Shown here: positions 60,012-64,000 of the stretch, in pieces
How positions within the stretch are numbered: the first letter of the stretch is position 1
Layout of the letters: each line of letters opens with the position of its first letter
From: an uncultured Clostridia bacterium
GTDB taxonomy: Bacteria > Bacillota > Clostridia > Peptostreptococcales > Anaerovoracaceae
DNA: 64,000 bases
Direction of reading: 5' to 3'
Assembly: GCA_938046095.1 (NCBI GenBank)
Contig: CALIXS010000026.1
Coordinates: forward strand, 21,030-85,029
Program-made: the position numbers and the translations under genes
The notes under the pieces: model-generated
Told to the model about the DNA's origin: nothing
Databases searched by the model: none
The model's input: only the letters and a program-made list of their open reading frames with translations

Positions 60012-60964
60012 CAGTTATCACCTCCGCTCAGGGATGCTCTGATTCTCGGATCGAGCATGCCCGTGATGAGGTCGCTTGCGAGGTTGCAGAGCACCGTCAG
60101 GACGGCGATGACGAGGAGCACGGCCTGTACGACAGGAATATCCTGAACGACTATTGAATTGAGCAGAAGCGAGCCCATGCCCGGCATGCCGAATACCTTT
60201 TCGGTGATTACGGCACCCGTTATCATCCAGGGCAGCGACATGAAGAGGAGCGTAACTACGATGACGAGCGCGTTCCTGAGCACGTGCCTGTAAAGCACCG
60301 TTCGCCTTGGAAGTCCCTTGGCGTAGGCGGTCGTAACGTATTTCTCGTTGAGCACCTCGAGCACTTCGGCTTTGGTAATTCTTATTGTTGAACCGAGGCT
60401 CGACAGTGTGATCGTTATTACAGGAAGTATATAGTGCGCAGATGTTTCATATCCGCTTATGGGCAGCAGCTTCAGCTGCACCGCGAAAATGACTATGAGC
60501 AGGGTACCGAGCCAGAATGACGGCACTGCCGTGAATACAAGCGAAAGGTTTACGGTCAGCTTGTCGAGTATGCTGTCCTTGTGTATCGCACAGTACAGTC
60601 CTAGAGGCAGCGCCAGGACCATTTCGAGCAGCAAAGCCCATCCGCAGAGTCTGATGCTGTAAGGAATGCGATCCTTCATGAGCTTCCAGACGGCTTCCTT
60701 ATACCTCGTCGATGTTCCGAAATCGAGATGCATCACCTTGCCCACCCAATTTTTGTACTGGACGAGAAAAGGGCGGTCGTAGCCGAGCTCGTGTGCGATC
60801 TCCGCTTTGCGGGCATCCGATACTCTGTCGCTTATAGCCAGGTCCACGGGGTCGCCCGGCATAAGGTACATAAGACAGAATACCAGAAAGGAAACGGCAA
60901 TGACGAGTAAGAGCCCGAGCAGGAGTCTTTTAATGATATAATCTCGCATGATACCTTTCTCCAA
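60011..60964 (-). CDS. Peptide ABC transporter permease (OppB/DppB-like)
   Basis: 317 aa, 6 TM. Confidence 0.88.
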   Translation of the reverse strand: MEKGIMRDYIIKRLLLGLLLVIAVSFLVFCLMYLMPGDPVDLAISDRVSDARKAEIAHELGYDRPFLVQYKNWVGKVMHLDFGTSTRYKEAVWKLMKDRIPYSIRLCGWALLLEMVLALPLGLYCAIHKDSILDKLTVNLSLVFTAVPSFWLGTLLIVIFAVQLKLLPISGYETSAHYILPVITITLSSLGSTIRITKAEVLEVLNEKYVTTAYAKGLPRRTVLYRHVLRNALVIVVTLLFMSLPWMITGAVITEKVFGMPGMGSLLLNSIVVQDIPVVQAVLLVIAVLTVLCNLASDLITGMLDPRIRASLSGGDN

Positions 60965-60987
60965 TAACCGGTAACAAGTAATAATAA

Positions 60988-62439
60988 TCAGCTCTTATTC
61001 TCCATGCGCCGGTAGATTCTGCTGCCGCACCTTACGGCCCATGCTCCGGCGCCGCGAATGAAGAACTCGAGCGTATTGACTCTTTTTTTGTTTTCATCGT
61101 CCGATACTGCCGAAAACCTGCTGTTCCCGCAATAGAGAAGCCTGACGGGCGTACCCGCGTAATCGGCGACGGGATGCCCGTCGCGGAGTGAAACCTTTAC
61201 GAGAGAAGGCTGCCCCTCCGCTGCGAGAAAATCGCCTGTGAGCGCCTCCGGGTCGGAGAATTCTCTGTCTATCGGATCAAAAAGATATTGATCGGTTTCG
61301 GGCGGCAGTCCGAGTATCAGATTATACGCCGCCCAGATGAATGGATCGGGGTCCATTTCTCCCAGGTTACAGAGGACCGCGGCCGAATATCCCCCTTCGA
61401 CAAAGCCTGCGGCTGTCGACGTGCCGTGCAGCGCACCGGTGTGCTCTCCTATAATTTTGCCGGCGAAGGTCCTCTTCTTGATGCCATAACAATATGTAGG
61501 AAATTTTCCGGCGGCGAAACCGCGTCCGACGAGCGCGTCTACGGCATAGGCGGGGATGGCCTGTACGCCCTCCCACATTCCGCCGTCACAGAGCATCTTA
61601 TAGTATTTTGTTATATCGTGCGCCGTAGACTTCATACATGCGCAGCCTCTGAACGGAGGGAGCACCGAAAAATCGTCGTCCTCGATAAGCTTGCCGTCCG
61701 CGTCCTTCTCAAAAAGACTCGTGATGTTGCCGCCTGAGAGAATGCGTGCCTCGCCGCCGTCGAGATCAAGCACGGTGCGGGTCATACCGAGCGGTTCAAA
61801 TATCCTCTCCTTAAGGAAATCCTCGAGCGGCATATCGGCGACCTGATCGACGACATAAGAGAGCAGAGCATATCCCTCGTTGGAATAGCTCATATATTCT
61901 CCGGGCTGTCCGAGCGTGGTATAGCCCTCGTGACCGTAATCGCCGGCGGAGATGTAATCGATTATCTGGTCGATAGTGTTCATTTTGTTGGGAGCGGAAG
62001 CGACCATCGCCTTGTGCCATTCGTTTTCGGTCTCCGTGCTGTTCATTGCGATGGACCATTCCAAAGGTTGGATGGGCGGGATACCGGCGGTATGCATGGC
62101 GAGGTGCCTGAGCGTGACGAGATCGCTCGGCGTGCCGGGTACTTTGAAGCTCGGAAAATACTTATATACCGGATCGTCAAAGCTCACCTTTTGCTCGGAC
62201 TCGAGAATCGCCAGCGCGAGAGTCGTAAAGGATTTGCTCAGCGAGGCCAGGCCCATAACCGTATCGCCGTCAACGGCCAGGCCGCTGCGGAGACTGCGTT
62301 TCCCGAAGCCGCGGTCGTATATTATTCCCTTCGGCCCGCGAATGCAGACAGCAATACCGGGGCAGCCGGAATTATCAAAAAGCTCCGAAACGTAATGGTC
62401 GAAGCGTTCAATATCGGATTTCTCCATAAATTTCTCCAT
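60988..62439 (-). CDS. Serine hydrolase, beta-lactamase/PBP-like (D-aminopeptidase-type), first gene of the minus-strand peptide ABC operon
   Basis: SxxK (LASLSKSFTT). 483 aa. Directly upstream of the permease genes. Confidence 0.85.
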   Translation of the reverse strand: MEKFMEKSDIERFDHYVSELFDNSGCPGIAVCIRGPKGIIYDRGFGKRSLRSGLAVDGDTVMGLASLSKSFTTLALAILESEQKVSFDDPVYKYFPSFKVPGTPSDLVTLRHLAMHTAGIPPIQPLEWSIAMNSTETENEWHKAMVASAPNKMNTIDQIIDYISAGDYGHEGYTTLGQPGEYMSYSNEGYALLSYVVDQVADMPLEDFLKERIFEPLGMTRTVLDLDGGEARILSGGNITSLFEKDADGKLIEDDDFSVLPPFRGCACMKSTAHDITKYYKMLCDGGMWEGVQAIPAYAVDALVGRGFAAGKFPTYCYGIKKRTFAGKIIGEHTGALHGTSTAAGFVEGGYSAAVLCNLGEMDPDPFIWAAYNLILGLPPETDQYLFDPIDREFSDPEALTGDFLAAEGQPSLVKVSLRDGHPVADYAGTPVRLLYCGNSRFSAVSDDENKKRVNTLEFFIRGAGAWAVRCGSRIYRRMENKS

Positions 62440-62503
62440 CTTTCAACATTTTAACAAATTAACAAAAAAAATCCGTTCCTCTTGTAAATTGTAACATAAA
62501 AAT

Positions 62504-63775
62504 ATGGAAAAGCAATCTTCACTTATATGGTATAATTGGCATATGTTTAACAAATTGTTCAGGGAATACAAAGGTTTACGGAGAGAAAACTACATATTGT
62601 TTTTTGGCCGCCTCATGACTAATCTGGGAGCGATGATATGGCCGGTGCTGACGATGATACTCGACCAGAAGCTCGGAATGAGCGCGGAAAAGATAGCGGG
62701 ATATCTCGTCGTTTTCGTACTGATAGGGCTTCCGGTATCGATGATCGGCGGCAAAATAGCGGATCGGTTTGATAAGAAGATGAACATAGTCTACTGCGAT
62801 ATCGTATCGATAGTCCTGCTGATCGTCTGCTCTTTTATCAGGCTGTCACTCTGGTCTATAATTCTTATGGCCGTGGCGGCTTTAGCGCAGCTCATGGAGT
62901 CGGCGTCCTACGACTCGCTCGTGGCGGACATCACGCCTGCGGCGGACAGAGAAAGAGCTTATTCCCTGAACTATCTCGGCGCCAACATCGGGCTTATACT
63001 TTCGCCGACTATCGCCGGATTTTTGTTCGCAAATTACCTCTGGTTGTCGTTTCTTCTGAGCGGCCTCGGCATAGCGAGCTCGACGATCCTTATTTTTTTT
63101 AAGATACACAATATAAAGCCTGTCAGAGAATCGACGCATTACGAAGTGCGTCGAGATGGCGAAAGTTCCCTAAGGGTGCTTCTTGACAACAAGGTGATGT
63201 TGTTTTATCTGATAGCCATAAGCCTGATGGGGGCGGCATACAACCAGCTTAACTACCTGATACCGCTCGATATGGGTGCAGAGCACGGCGCGACGGGGGC
63301 GGCCATATTCGGCACTATGACTAGCACCAACTGCATAGAGGTCGTCATCTTTATGCCGCTCGTAACGGCGTGGTTCAGGAGGCTGTCCGAAACCGTGAAG
63401 ACCCTTATCGGCGGGGTGCTTATAGTGGCCGGGCTTCTTATGTTCAGGAGCCTTCTCGGAACTGTTCCGATGTATTATGCGGCAATGACCGTATTTACGC
63501 TCGGCGAGGTGTTCTATACGCTTCCGCGGAGCCCGTACATATCGAACCGTACTCCTGCAAGTCACAGGGGCAGGATAAACAGCATTCAGGTTATAATGAG
63601 CGGGGCGGCGAGCGCCGTCACACAGCTTATAGCCGGGAAGCTCTATGACGGAATGGGGTCGTGGCCGGCGTGGACGTTCGTTCTGGCTGTAGGTACGCTC
63701 GCGTGCGTTCTTTCCATGCTCATAATACCGCTCGACAAAAAAGCCTACCCGAAAATCGGAGGTAAGAACAGATGA
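62504..63775 (+). CDS. MFS transporter
   Basis: 12-TM organisation with Gly-rich helices. Start is uncertain (62504 or Met 62543). Confidence 0.8.
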   Translation: MEKQSSLIWYNWHMFNKLFREYKGLRRENYILFFGRLMTNLGAMIWPVLTMILDQKLGMSAEKIAGYLVVFVLIGLPVSMIGGKIADRFDKKMNIVYCDIVSIVLLIVCSFIRLSLWSIILMAVAALAQLMESASYDSLVADITPAADRERAYSLNYLGANIGLILSPTIAGFLFANYLWLSFLLSGLGIASSTILIFFKIHNIKPVRESTHYEVRRDGESSLRVLLDNKVMLFYLIAISLMGAAYNQLNYLIPLDMGAEHGATGAAIFGTMTSTNCIEVVIFMPLVTAWFRRLSETVKTLIGGVLIVAGLLMFRSLLGTVPMYYAAMTVFTLGEVFYTLPRSPYISNRTPASHRGRINSIQVIMSGAASAVTQLIAGKLYDGMGSWPAWTFVLAVGTLACVLSMLIIPLDKKAYPKIGGKNR

Positions 63776-64000
63776 AAGCCAAAGATTATAAAAAAAAGCA
63801 GATGTCGGAGGCGACGTTGGTAATGGCGGTACTTACCGTTTCGGGCGGGCTTCAGGATGCGTATTCGTATTTTGTGCGCGGACAGGTTTTTGCCAATGGC
63901 CAGACGGGCAATATAGTCCTGATGAGCGCAAAATTATACGACGGCGATTTTGCCGGAGCATTTCGTTATCTCATACCGATCACCGCATTCACCGCGGGTG
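63772..64000 (+). CDS. YoaK/DUF1275-family membrane protein (3' partial)
   Basis: MKAKDYKKKQMSEATLVMAVLTVSGGLQDAYSYFVRGQVFANGQTGN... Runs off the window end. Confidence 0.6.
   Translation, partial: MKAKDYKKKQMSEATLVMAVLTVSGGLQDAYSYFVRGQVFANGQTGNIVLMSAKLYDGDFAGAFRYLIPITAFTAG

Overview
This 64 kb chromosomal segment is GC-rich (~55%). By gene content it looks like a Gram-positive, butyrate-forming anaerobe of the Clostridia type: hbd, a butyryl-CoA:acetate CoA-transferase-like gene, a sigma-54 activator, and lipoprotein-type solute-binding proteins. The taxonomic placement is inference only. Coding density is high on both strands. The housekeeping core is birA (5' partial), a CNNM/HlyC-CorC transporter, secA, and prfB with its classical programmed +1 frameshift (missed by the ORF track). 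Butyrate and CoA metabolism is represented by hbd, an acyl-CoA synthetase and a 4-hydroxybutyrate/butyryl-CoA transferase-family enzyme. The CoA-transferase sits next to a sigma-54-controlled cyclase and sodium:solute symporter operon with a divergent PAS-AAA+ activator. A ~2.8 kb AT-rich insertion (9.46-12.28 kb) lies directly 3' of hbd. It carries an ABC exporter, an IS30 transposase fragment, a small membrane ORF and a low-GC pseudo-copy of the hbd 3' end. There are three oligopeptide-type ABC importers. Two are paralogous tandem operons flanking a 1164-aa secreted protein with duplicated C39-like papain-fold modules. The third is linked to a beta-lactamase-fold serine hydrolase. Other features are a MacB/FtsX efflux pair with a TetR regulator, an SPFH/zinc-ribbon/TPM three-gene membrane operon, twin coiled-coil tail-anchored mini-proteins, a tRNA-Arg(CCT), and cell-wall peptidases (VanY-like M15, S11 DD-carboxypeptidase, two serine hydrolases). 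No CRISPR array and no intact mobile element were found. No candidate for a wholly new system stood out. The most unusual loci are the sigma-54 module, the SSF transporter with fused winged-helix domains, the secreted pseudo-peptidase between the Opp operons, the AT-rich island with its hbd scar, and the SPFH/Zn-ribbon/TPM operon. All product calls are from motif reading of translated ORFs; no database searches were possible.
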